Translations under genes and position numbers: made by a program
Shown: in pieces, positions 55,697 to 64,000 of the stretch
Position numbering within the stretch: the first letter of the stretch is position 1
How the letters are laid out: each line of letters starts with the position of its first letter
Assembly (NCBI GenBank): GCA_050331815.1
Contig: JBHJGM010000003.1
Span: forward strand, 231,855-295,854
Direction of reading: 5' to 3'
Length of the DNA: 64,000 bases
DNA from: Opitutales bacterium
GTDB lineage: Bacteria; Verrucomicrobiota; Verrucomicrobiia; Opitutales; JBHJGM01
The notes under the pieces: generated by a model
Told to the model about the DNA's origin: nothing
The model's input: the letters and a program-made list of their open reading frames with translations, nothing else
Database searches by the model: none

Positions 55697-56899
55697 TTGA
55701 ATCTGCTGCACCGCTACGTGTTCAAGCAAGTGCTGCTGGCCGGATTGTTTTCGGTGGCATTGCTGGTGTTTGTGATGGTCACGGTCAATGCCCTGCGCGA
55801 CATCATCGAGCCTCTCGCCGCGGGCCAGCTCACCTGGTGGGCGGCTTCGCAGATTATGGTGCGCATCATCCCGTACATGGTTTCTTTCGCCCTGCCGCTG
55901 GGGCTTTTGACCGGCGTGCTGCTGGTCTACGGGAGGCTCTCAGCCAATCGCGAGATCACGGCCATGAAAGCCGCCGGACTGAGCCTGTATCAGATCGCCG
56001 CGCCCCCAGTGGTGGTGGCGATCCTCGGCGTCGTCTTCGCGACGGTGGTCAACTTCTTCTACTCGCCGCTGGCCAAAACCGCCTACAAAAGCGAGCTGGC
56101 CAACATCGCGCGCGAAAACCCGCTGCGGCTGATCCGCCCGGGCGTTTTCATCAAGGACTTTTCTGAGGCGATCTTCTTCGTCGAGGAGCGCACCGATGAG
56201 GCGCTCTTTGGCGTGCATGTCTGGCGCCTGGACGAGGCTGGCAAGTTGCAGGCTTATCTGGTCGGTCAGCGCGGCGAGATCGAATTATCGGAAGACGAGT
56301 CCAAGATTCTGTTGAGTCTGCACGATGTGGTGGCCGAGGCGCGCCTGGGCGATGAAGCCGAATTGCCAGACGCGCCGCCCGCCCCAGCGGCGGAAACCAC
56401 GCGCTCGCCTCCAGAAGAAGGCGCAAGCGAACCCGGCATGCTCATCCTGCTTGATGCCGAGACCGTGCCCTTTGCCCTGCCGCTGAGCGAATTGCTCGGG
56501 CTGGGAGAGGTCGAGCGCAAGCTCTCCATGCTGACTTTTGACGAGTTGATCTCGCGAGAGCGCGAACTCGGTGTGCAGGCTTCGCAACTGGGTACGGAAG
56601 CCGCCGAGCGCGACCACCTGCGCGTGCGCATGCGCATCCATGAGAACTTTTCGCTGTCGTTCGCGGTGCTTTCGATGACCCTGGTGGCCGTGCCGTTGGG
56701 CATCCGCGTCAGCCGCAAGGAAACCTACGCCAACCTCGCCATCGCCCTGGTCCTGGCCATGAGTTTTTACCTCTCGCTCTTCGCGATTAAACTGCTGGAA
56801 GAAAACCCGGCGCTGCGTCCGGACCTGCTCATCTGGCTGCCGAATTTGGTCTTTCAGGGGCTGGGGTTGTGGCTGCTCTGGCGAGCCTCGCGAAACTGA
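55697..56899 (+). CDS. LptF/LptG (YjgP/YjgQ) family LPS export permease
   Basis: N-terminus LLHRYVFKQVLLAGLFSVALLVF and a six-TM layout with a central periplasmic domain. TTG start. Confidence 0.75.
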   Translation: MNLLHRYVFKQVLLAGLFSVALLVFVMVTVNALRDIIEPLAAGQLTWWAASQIMVRIIPYMVSFALPLGLLTGVLLVYGRLSANREITAMKAAGLSLYQIAAPPVVVAILGVVFATVVNFFYSPLAKTAYKSELANIARENPLRLIRPGVFIKDFSEAIFFVEERTDEALFGVHVWRLDEAGKLQAYLVGQRGEIELSEDESKILLSLHDVVAEARLGDEAELPDAPPAPAAETTRSPPEEGASEPGMLILLDAETVPFALPLSELLGLGEVERKLSMLTFDELISRERELGVQASQLGTEAAERDHLRVRMRIHENFSLSFAVLSMTLVAVPLGIRVSRKETYANLAIALVLAMSFYLSLFAIKLLEENPALRPDLLIWLPNLVFQGLGLWLLWRASRN

Positions 56900-57043
56900 C
56901 AGGTAAGCCCCGTCAGCTTGTGAACAAGTTATTCGCAAAGGGGTTTTGGCGTTGCCGAACAGGGTTTGCGCTGGTGTTTTTGTAGGCTTAACCACGTCAT
57001 CCGTAGACCCTTTGCGGCAGCCTGCACCGCCGCCCCATCGCGC

Positions 57044-60000
57044 ATGTATCTGAAAGAAGTCGTCATCAATGGCTTCAAGAGCTTCGCAGACCGTACCGTC
57101 CTTCAACTGGACCGCGGTGTAACGACCATCGTCGGGCCAAACGGCTGCGGCAAAAGCAACATCGTCGACTGCATCCGCTGGGTCCTCGGCGAGCAGTCGG
57201 CCAAGGCCCTGCGCGGGGGTAAGATGCAGGATGTGATCTTTGAGGGGACCGACCGCCGCAAGCCGCTACCGCAGTGCGAGGTGTTCCTTCGCTTCACTGA
57301 TTGCGAGCAGCAACTGGGCACCGAATTCAACGAGGTGGAAATCGGTCGCCGGGTCAGCCGTGAGGGTTCTAGCGATTACTTCATTAACGGCAAGGCCTGC
57401 CGCCTGAAGGACATTCAACGCCTCTTCATGGACACCGGAGTTGGGCGCGTTTCGTACTCGTTCATGGTGCAGGGGCAGATCGACCAGATCCTTTCCTCCA
57501 ATCCGGCCGAGCGGCGTACCATTTTTGAGGAAGCCGCCGGCATCACCCGCTATAAAAGCCAGCGCCGGGAAGCCCTGAACAAGCTGGCCCTGGTCGACCA
57601 GAATTTGGCACGCGTGTCCGACGTGATGGAGGAGGTCGGCCGGCAGATCGGCTCACTCAAGCGACAGGCGGGCAAGGCGCTGCGCTACAAGCGCCTGAAG
57701 CACCGCTTGACCCACCTCGACCTCGCGCAGTTGGCCCACCAGCGGGCGCAACGCGGGCAATGCATCGAAGAATTCTCCGCCAAGGAAGACCAGTTGCGAA
57801 AACGCTTGGAGTCGGCGCAGGCAGCACTTTTGGCGGACGAAGCCGAGGCCGAGCGTCTGAAGACTCAGCGTAACACGGCTGCGGAAGCCCGGCAGCAGGC
57901 CCAGCAAGGTGTCTTTGACCTGCGTTCGCAAAAGGAGAATGCCGAGGGACAGGCCGAGATGGCTCGGGTGCGGGCCGAGGACCTGCGCGAGCGCATTACC
58001 CAGCTTGAGGACGAGCAGGCCGATTTGTCCAAGCAGCAGGCCGCCTTGCGGTTGCGTGAACAAGATCAGGCGGCTTCCAAGGAGGCCCAGCAAGCCTTGG
58101 TCAACGCCTCCGACGATGCCTTTCGCGAGCGCGAAGACGATTTGCGCGCCGCGGACACACGCTTGCAGGCGGCGGAAAAAGCACTGCGCGACCAGCGGCA
58201 GGCCCAGTTGATCGCCGATGGCAGTTTGACCCGCGCACGTTCACGGTGCACCTCGCTCGAGCTGGATCTGAAAACCCTCGAAGTCCGCCACGCAGGCCTG
58301 AAGGAACAGATGGCCCAGTTGGAGTCCGGGCTTGAACAGGCGCGGGCCGCGGGGGATGCGCAGACGAAAGCCCTCGATTATGCCCAGAGCGACGTGGCGG
58401 AGGCCGATGCGGCCCTGGCTCAGGCTCGCGAAGCTGAAGAGGCTCAGCGAATTCGCTTTCGTGCGCACCAGGAAACGATTGCCGAGGCCGACCGTGAAGT
58501 CGCGCGATTGGGTGCACGATTGGCAACCCTGGAAGACCTGCAGGCGCGTTTCGAGGGGTTCACTGATGGCGCAAAAGCCATTCTGCAGGGCAAGCTCGAT
58601 TCGGACTGCCTGCCTGGCGGCCTGGCCCGCGCCCTGGGCCAACACCTTAAAATCGAGGGACCCTGGGGCGACGCCGTGGAAGCACTGTTGGGAATGGCCG
58701 CTGGCGCGGTCAGCCTGGATTCACTGGAGCGGGCGCAATCGGTGACCCAGGCGCTGGCCGAGCAAAAGCACGGGCGCGCCGTCCTGCAGTTTCCCGCCCC
58801 AGGCGAAGCCACCGAGGAAACCAGCGCCACGCCCGCTGGAATCATTGGCGCGAGCGAACAGGTGCAAGCGCGCGATGCCGAACTCCAGCCCGCCGTCGAA
58901 CGGCTTTTGGATGGCTGCTTCTTTGGCGACTCGCTCGAAACGATCCTCACGACCTGGCAGGCGAATCCGCAGTGGCGTTTTCGGCTGGCCGCGGCGCAAG
59001 ATGGCACCGTTGTCGATGGGCGCGGGCTGATTTATACAAGCGGCGGCACCCGCTCGAAGGACGGCAGCTTTATTCAGCGCGCGGAGGCGATTCGTCAGGG
59101 CAAGGCGCAGATCGAAACCGCCAACGAGCGCCTGACCGAACTCACCGACACCATCCGCACGTTGGAGGCTGAATTGGAGGCGGCGGGCCAAGCGGTGGAA
59201 ACCGCCCGCGCGAGGCTTGGCCAGACCAGGGAAACCCTCAGCGCGGCTCAAGCCGAGGCCCGTCAGGTCACGCAGCGGCTGGAGCACCTGCAAGCCGAAC
59301 TCAATAAGGCCCGGGCCGAAAACGAGCGCATCGATGTGCAACGCCAAGAGGCGAATGCCGAGGTGGAAAAGTCACGTGCCGCCATGGTCGAGGCCGAAGC
59401 GCGGAGCGAGCTGATTCGCTCCGAGATTGCTGCCGGCGAGGAGGCCCTTGCCTCCTTGCGCGGGCAGGTGGAAGCCCGCCGGGAAGCCCTCGCCGAGGTG
59501 CGTCTCGACCTGGCCGAAAAACGGCAGCGCCTGCTTCTACTGGATCGGGGCATCTCCGAAGCCCAGGAACAGTTGGGCGATTTGGAACAGCGCACGCACC
59601 GCCGAGCCCTGGAGCAGGACTCCCTTTTGGAGCAAATAGCCGAACTGGAAACCGAGGCCGCCCGCGAAACCAATAAAGCGTCGCAGCTGGACGAAACGCT
59701 TAGTGTCACGCGCGCCTCACTTGAGAATCACCACGGCGAGGTGCAGGCGCTTGAAGGCAGGCTCGGCGCGCTGGAACAGGCGCTCAACGCCAAACGCTCC
59801 GCCCAGCGAAGCGAGGAGCACGCCCTCAACGAAACCAGCTTGGCCCTCGCCACCGAGCGCTCGCAATGTGCCTTCCTCGACGAAAAAGCCCAGGGTGATT
59901 ACGGGCTGGAGCTTTCCGGCGTGGACTGGAAGCAGTTCCTCTGGCAGGCGGATGAGACCATCCAAACCCGCGTCAACCTGGACGAGCTCGACGACGGCGC

Positions 60001-60802
60001 CTCCATCGATGCGCTGCCCACCAAGGATCGCGGCGAGCCCACCGAAGCCGATCTGAATGCGCTCGAGCAGACGGACTGGCCAGCCATCGAGGCCGAGGTG
60101 AAAGACTTGCGGCAACGCGTGCTCAGCCTGGGCGAGGTCAATCCGTCGGCCATCGAGGAGTACCAGGAGCTCAAGCAGCGTCACGACTTCCTGAAAAACC
60201 AGAGCGAGGACTTGTGGAAGTCCAAGGAGGAACTGCTGGCGGCCATCGAAGAGATCAACACCACCTCCCAGCAGCTCTTCGAAGACACCTTTCGGCAGGT
60301 CCGCGAAAATTTCCAGTTCACTTTCAAGCAGCTCTTTGGGGGCGGCGAAGCGGACCTCCAGCTGATCGCGGCCGAGGATGTGCTCGATAGCGGCATCGAC
60401 ATCATTGCCCGTCCACCCGGCACCAAGCTGAAAAACCTATCGCTGCTCTCCGGGGGCCAGAAGACGATGACCGCAGTCGCGCTGCTCTTTGCCATCTACA
60501 TGGTCAAGCCGAGTCCCTTCTGCGTGCTGGATGAGTTGGACGCACCGCTGGACGACGCGAATATCGGCCGCTTCATCGAGATGCTGCGCCAGTTTACGCG
60601 CTACTCGCAGTTTCTGGTCATCACTCACAGCAAGCGAACGATCGCCGCCGCCGACACCATCTACGGCGTTACAATGGAAGAGCGCGGCGTCACTCGCATG
60701 ATCTCGATGCGCTTCGATCGCACGCGCGGGGAAGCGGTTTCCCGGTTGGACTCAAACGAAGAGGCTACCCAGGCCGAGCAACCAGTCGAAGCCGGCGGTT
60801 AA
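57044..60802 (+). CDS. smc: Chromosome partition protein Smc
   Basis: [29 protein letters not shown] (Walker A), very long coiled coils with a central hinge, the signature LSGGQKTM and Walker [16 protein letters not shown] 57044 was preferred to the alternative start at 56966. Confidence 0.93.
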   Translation: MYLKEVVINGFKSFADRTVLQLDRGVTTIVGPNGCGKSNIVDCIRWVLGEQSAKALRGGKMQDVIFEGTDRRKPLPQCEVFLRFTDCEQQLGTEFNEVEIGRRVSREGSSDYFINGKACRLKDIQRLFMDTGVGRVSYSFMVQGQIDQILSSNPAERRTIFEEAAGITRYKSQRREALNKLALVDQNLARVSDVMEEVGRQIGSLKRQAGKALRYKRLKHRLTHLDLAQLAHQRAQRGQCIEEFSAKEDQLRKRLESAQAALLADEAEAERLKTQRNTAAEARQQAQQGVFDLRSQKENAEGQAEMARVRAEDLRERITQLEDEQADLSKQQAALRLREQDQAASKEAQQALVNASDDAFREREDDLRAADTRLQAAEKALRDQRQAQLIADGSLTRARSRCTSLELDLKTLEVRHAGLKEQMAQLESGLEQARAAGDAQTKALDYAQSDVAEADAALAQAREAEEAQRIRFRAHQETIAEADREVARLGARLATLEDLQARFEGFTDGAKAILQGKLDSDCLPGGLARALGQHLKIEGPWGDAVEALLGMAAGAVSLDSLERAQSVTQALAEQKHGRAVLQFPAPGEATEETSATPAGIIGASEQVQARDAELQPAVERLLDGCFFGDSLETILTTWQANPQWRFRLAAAQDGTVVDGRGLIYTSGGTRSKDGSFIQRAEAIRQGKAQIETANERLTELTDTIRTLEAELEAAGQAVETARARLGQTRETLSAAQAEARQVTQRLEHLQAELNKARAENERIDVQRQEANAEVEKSRAAMVEAEARSELIRSEIAAGEEALASLRGQVEARREALAEVRLDLAEKRQRLLLLDRGISEAQEQLGDLEQRTHRRALEQDSLLEQIAELETEAARETNKASQLDETLSVTRASLENHHGEVQALEGRLGALEQALNAKRSAQRSEEHALNETSLALATERSQCAFLDEKAQGDYGLELSGVDWKQFLWQADETIQTRVNLDELDDGASIDALPTKDRGEPTEADLNALEQTDWPAIEAEVKDLRQRVLSLGEVNPSAIEEYQELKQRHDFLKNQSEDLWKSKEELLAAIEEINTTSQQLFEDTFRQVRENFQFTFKQLFGGGEADLQLIAAEDVLDSGIDIIARPPGTKLKNLSLLSGGQKTMTAVALLFAIYMVKPSPFCVLDELDAPLDDANIGRFIEMLRQFTRYSQFLVITHSKRTIAAADTIYGVTMEERGVTRMISMRFDRTRGEAVSRLDSNEEATQAEQPVEAGG

Positions 60803-60925
60803 GCGGAGGCGCACCTAGGTGGCGTGCAGCGGACGCGCCCAAGTTATTGGCCAAATTTGGATGCAGCGCCTTCTTGGGCGGATGGGCCACTTAACGGCAT
60901 TTCTTGTGCTTAACAGTCAACGCTT

Positions 60926-61915
60926 ATGAACAAGGCATTGGTCACCGGAAGCAGTGGGCATTTGGGCGAAGCGATGATGCGGATACTGCGCGCTCGGGGC
61001 ATTGCCTGTGTGGGGCTCGACCGCAAGCCCGGCGCCTACACCGATCGCGTCGGTTCCATAGGCAAGCGTTCGTTGGTGGATACGTGCCTGAGCGGCGTAG
61101 ATGTGGTCTTTCACACGGCAACCCTACACAAGCCTCACGTGGCCACGCACTCGAAGCGGGACTTTGTCGACACGAACATCTCCGGCACGTTGACCCTGCT
61201 GGAAGCCGCGCGGGATCACCGGATTGACGCCTTTATCTACACCAGCACGACGAGCGTTTACGGTGACGCCCTGCGACCGGGTCCGGAGATGCCTGCAGCC
61301 TGGATCACCGAAGACGTGCGGCCCATCGCGCGCAACATTTACGGCGTCACAAAAGCGGCAGCTGAAGACATGTGCGAGCTCTTCGCCCGTAAGCACAAGT
61401 TGCCCTGCCTGGTCCTGAAAACCTCGCGTTTCTTTCCCGAAGCAGACGACAACCGCGAACGCCGCGAGGGTTTTGCAGACGCCAACCTGAAAGTTAACGA
61501 ACTGCTCTACCGGCGCGTCGACCTGGAAGATGTTGTCGAAGCCCACCTGCTCGCGGCGCAAAAAGCCAAGGAGCTCCCCTTCGGTCGCTACATCATCTCC
61601 GCGACCTCACCCCTGCACCGCCAAGACGTCCAGCGCGCACGCAGTGACTTGCCTGCTTTGGTTCGCGAGACTTTTCCGCATTATGAAAATATCTACGCGA
61701 AGCTGGGCTGGCGGATGCTGCCCGGCATTGACCGTATTTATGTTAACGCTGCCGCGCGCCGGGACCTCGGCTGGGAGCCGCGTTGGACCTTCGCTCACGC
61801 GCTTGAGCATCTGGCCGTCGGCGAATCTGCCTTCAGCGAGCTGTCCCGCGTTGTTGGAAAAAAAGGCTATCACGAAACCGTCTTCGCGGAGGGTCCGTAT
61901 CCTGTTGAGGAATGA
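60926..61915 (+). CDS. NAD-dependent epimerase/dehydratase family protein
   Basis: ALVTGSSGHLG (GxxGxxG), catalytic YGVTKAAAE (YxxxK), and SDR-extended length. Confidence 0.8.
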   Translation: MNKALVTGSSGHLGEAMMRILRARGIACVGLDRKPGAYTDRVGSIGKRSLVDTCLSGVDVVFHTATLHKPHVATHSKRDFVDTNISGTLTLLEAARDHRIDAFIYTSTTSVYGDALRPGPEMPAAWITEDVRPIARNIYGVTKAAAEDMCELFARKHKLPCLVLKTSRFFPEADDNRERREGFADANLKVNELLYRRVDLEDVVEAHLLAAQKAKELPFGRYIISATSPLHRQDVQRARSDLPALVRETFPHYENIYAKLGWRMLPGIDRIYVNAAARRDLGWEPRWTFAHALEHLAVGESAFSELSRVVGKKGYHETVFAEGPYPVEE

Positions 61916-61995
61916 TTCATGGCGCGCATTCAATCGCGGGGTGCTCGCGCGCGAAACAGCTTGTCGAACATCGGACGAGCGTATGGCTTGTTTCC

Positions 61996-62397
61996 ATGCT
62001 ACGCCTGGCCCGGTTTTTTCGCACGAACCTTTCGGCGGGCCAAGCCCGTGTGCGTACTGGCCAGAGCGGCGAGCAGCTAGCCGCGCGTTTTCTGCGTCGC
62101 AAAGGTATGCGGATCGTCACGCGCAACTGGCGTAGCGGTCGGCTTGAACTGGACCTGGTCTGCCGCGAGGACGCGGTGCTCGTTTTTGTCGAAGTGCGCA
62201 CGCGATCGGCTGCGGCGAAGGTCCCGGGCTTTCATTCGCTCACACGCGCCAAGAAAGAGGCCTTGAAGCGAGCGCGCTTGGCCTATTTACAAGCACTGCG
62301 GAATAAACCGGCGGCCTATCGTTTCGATCTGGTCGAGGTCACCCGCGCGAGCGACGGCTCCCACCGGCTCGAACACTACGAAAGCATCGACCTGTAG
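61996..62397 (+). CDS. yraN: YraN family (UPF0102) endonuclease-like protein
   Basis: GEQLAARFLRRKGMRIVTRNWRSGRLELDLVCREDAVLVFVEVRTR matches the YraN pattern. ATG 61996 was preferred over 61912. Confidence 0.7.
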   Translation: MLRLARFFRTNLSAGQARVRTGQSGEQLAARFLRRKGMRIVTRNWRSGRLELDLVCREDAVLVFVEVRTRSAAAKVPGFHSLTRAKKEALKRARLAYLQALRNKPAAYRFDLVEVTRASDGSHRLEHYESIDL

Positions 62398-62437
62398 CCA
62401 CGGACTTTCCTACGCACCTTTACCGATTCCCTTGACC

Positions 62438-63997
62438 ATGCCGCCGACCGATAGCGACTCGAATCGCCATCCTTTCCTCCAGGGCCTGAGCAAACACCGG
62501 GGCGCCGCGCCCACGATTCTGGTTATCTTCGGAGCGTCCGGCGATCTGACCAAGCGCAAGCTCATCCCCGCCTTGTACAACCTCAGCTACGACAACCTGC
62601 TGCCGGCGGACTTCACCCTGATCGGCTTTGGACGCAGCGACGTACCCGATAAGGCCTTTCGCAGCGGCAACCAGGGCGACATCAAGACCTTTTCCCGCCG
62701 CGAGCTGAATCAGGACATCTGGCAGCGTGTTGAGGATCAGACCTATTTTCATCAGGGCGGCTACGACGAGCAAGCCGCCTTCGAGAAACTCAAGAACCGT
62801 ATCGAAGCCTACGAGAAGGAACATGAGCGTCAGTTTCAGGTGGTGTTTTACATCTCCACGCCGCCGAGCGTGTTTAAGCCCATCCTCGAAAACCTCGGCG
62901 CGACGGGCCTGGCCTCGCGCCACCGCGGGGATCCGCTGGCCTCCAAGGTGATCATCGAAAAGCCCTTTGGGCACGACCTGGAATCGGCCCAGGAGCTCAA
63001 CCAGGTTATCCAGTCTCAATTCGATGAGGAGCAGGTCTATCGCATCGACCATTATCTGGGCAAGGAGACGGTCCAGGATCTCCTCGTCCAGCGTTTCGCC
63101 AACGCCATCTTTGAGCCCATCTGGAATCGTCGCTACGTCGACAACGTGCAGATCACCGTGGCCGAGAGCGTCGGCGTCGGCTCACGCGCCGGCTATTACG
63201 ACCGCTCGGGAGCGCTGCGGGACATGATTCAGAACCACACCATGCAGCTGATGGCGCTCGTTGCGATGGAGCCCCCCGTCTCGCTAGAGGCCGAGCAGAT
63301 TCGCGACGAGAAGGTCAAGCTGCTGAAGGCGATCGAATCCATCCGGGTTGAAGGCGAGCCAAGCGATGTTATTCGCGCGCGCTATACCGACGGCCTGATC
63401 AGCGGCGAAAAAGTTCGCGGCTACATGGAGGAGGACGACATCCCGAGCGATTCCTTTACCGAGACTTACTCCGCGTTACGCCTGCGGGTGAACAACTGGC
63501 GCTGGCAGGGCGTGCCCTTTTACCTGCGCTCAGGCAAACGCATGGCCCGGCGCGTTTCCGAGATCGCCGTCCAGTTCAAGCAACCACCTGGCAGTCTGTT
63601 CACCGACCGCCGCCGTTTCGACCTCGCGCCCAACACGCTGGTCATGCGCATCCAGCCCGACGAGGGCTCCACGCTGCTGGTCAACTCGAAGGTCCCGGGC
63701 CTGGAAACGCGAACCCAGCCGGTCAAGATGCACTTTCGCTACGCGACCACCTTTGGCTCGGACACACCGGAGGCCTACGAGCGACTGATTCTGGACGCCA
63801 TGGTGGGCGACAGCACGCTCTTCATCCGCGGCGATGAAACCGAAACCTCCTGGGCGCTGTACACGCCAGTCCTGGAAGCCTGGCAAGCCCTGGGCCAAAA
63901 GGGGCTCGCCGAATACCGCGCCGGCTCCTGGGGCCCCCTGGAAGCCGACAAGTTGCTCTGGGAAAGTGGCCATGAATGGCGTCGCGCCGGTCCCTGA
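62438..63997 (+). CDS. zwf: Glucose-6-phosphate 1-dehydrogenase
   Basis: ILVIFGASGDLTKRKLIPALY, the active-site motif RIDHYLGKE, and NHTMQLMALVAMEPP. Confidence 0.93.
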   Translation: MPPTDSDSNRHPFLQGLSKHRGAAPTILVIFGASGDLTKRKLIPALYNLSYDNLLPADFTLIGFGRSDVPDKAFRSGNQGDIKTFSRRELNQDIWQRVEDQTYFHQGGYDEQAAFEKLKNRIEAYEKEHERQFQVVFYISTPPSVFKPILENLGATGLASRHRGDPLASKVIIEKPFGHDLESAQELNQVIQSQFDEEQVYRIDHYLGKETVQDLLVQRFANAIFEPIWNRRYVDNVQITVAESVGVGSRAGYYDRSGALRDMIQNHTMQLMALVAMEPPVSLEAEQIRDEKVKLLKAIESIRVEGEPSDVIRARYTDGLISGEKVRGYMEEDDIPSDSFTETYSALRLRVNNWRWQGVPFYLRSGKRMARRVSEIAVQFKQPPGSLFTDRRRFDLAPNTLVMRIQPDEGSTLLVNSKVPGLETRTQPVKMHFRYATTFGSDTPEAYERLILDAMVGDSTLFIRGDETETSWALYTPVLEAWQALGQKGLAEYRAGSWGPLEADKLLWESGHEWRRAGP

Positions 63998-64000
63998 ATT

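Overview
GC-rich bacterial chromosomal segment. Three PEP-CTERM-tailed secreted proteins and the overall gene content suggest a Verrucomicrobiota/PVC-like organism; that is inference only. Most of the window is housekeeping: dinB, a thiG-thiH-thiS operon behind a probable TPP riboswitch, purH, metY, rplY-pth-rpsF-ssb-rplI-dnaB, bamA-skp-lpxD, prs, htrA, pyrE, an lptF/G-type permease, smc, zwf and three tRNAs. The accessory part, and my best candidate for an undescribed system, is a ~16 kb island at about 13.9-30.0 kb lying between purH and a tRNA-Met/tRNA-Asp pair. It holds four glycosyltransferases (one GT2-TPR and three GT-B, two of them diverged paralogs). It also holds a MiaB/RimO-like radical-SAM enzyme without a TRAM domain, a radical-SAM enzyme with an N-terminal SPASM/twitch-like Cys motif, and a 785-aa multidomain SAM methyltransferase. 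Two large proteins of 714 and 502 aa have no domain I can recognise. A small acidic Ser/Thr-rich PEP-CTERM protein abuts the island. Four of the large enzymes end in the same ~85-aa PglD_N-like Rossmann half-domain. Smaller curiosities are a histone-H1-like Lys/Ala tail fused to a CBM20-like domain, a ferredoxin-lipoprotein-radical-SAM operon, operator-like repeats next to a LacI gene, and an rpsF-ssb-rplI cluster lacking rpsR. No CRISPR array, transposase, integrase or rRNA was seen. The many long antisense ORFs in the track are shadow ORFs typical of GC-rich DNA. All functional calls come from motif recognition by eye; no database search was run.
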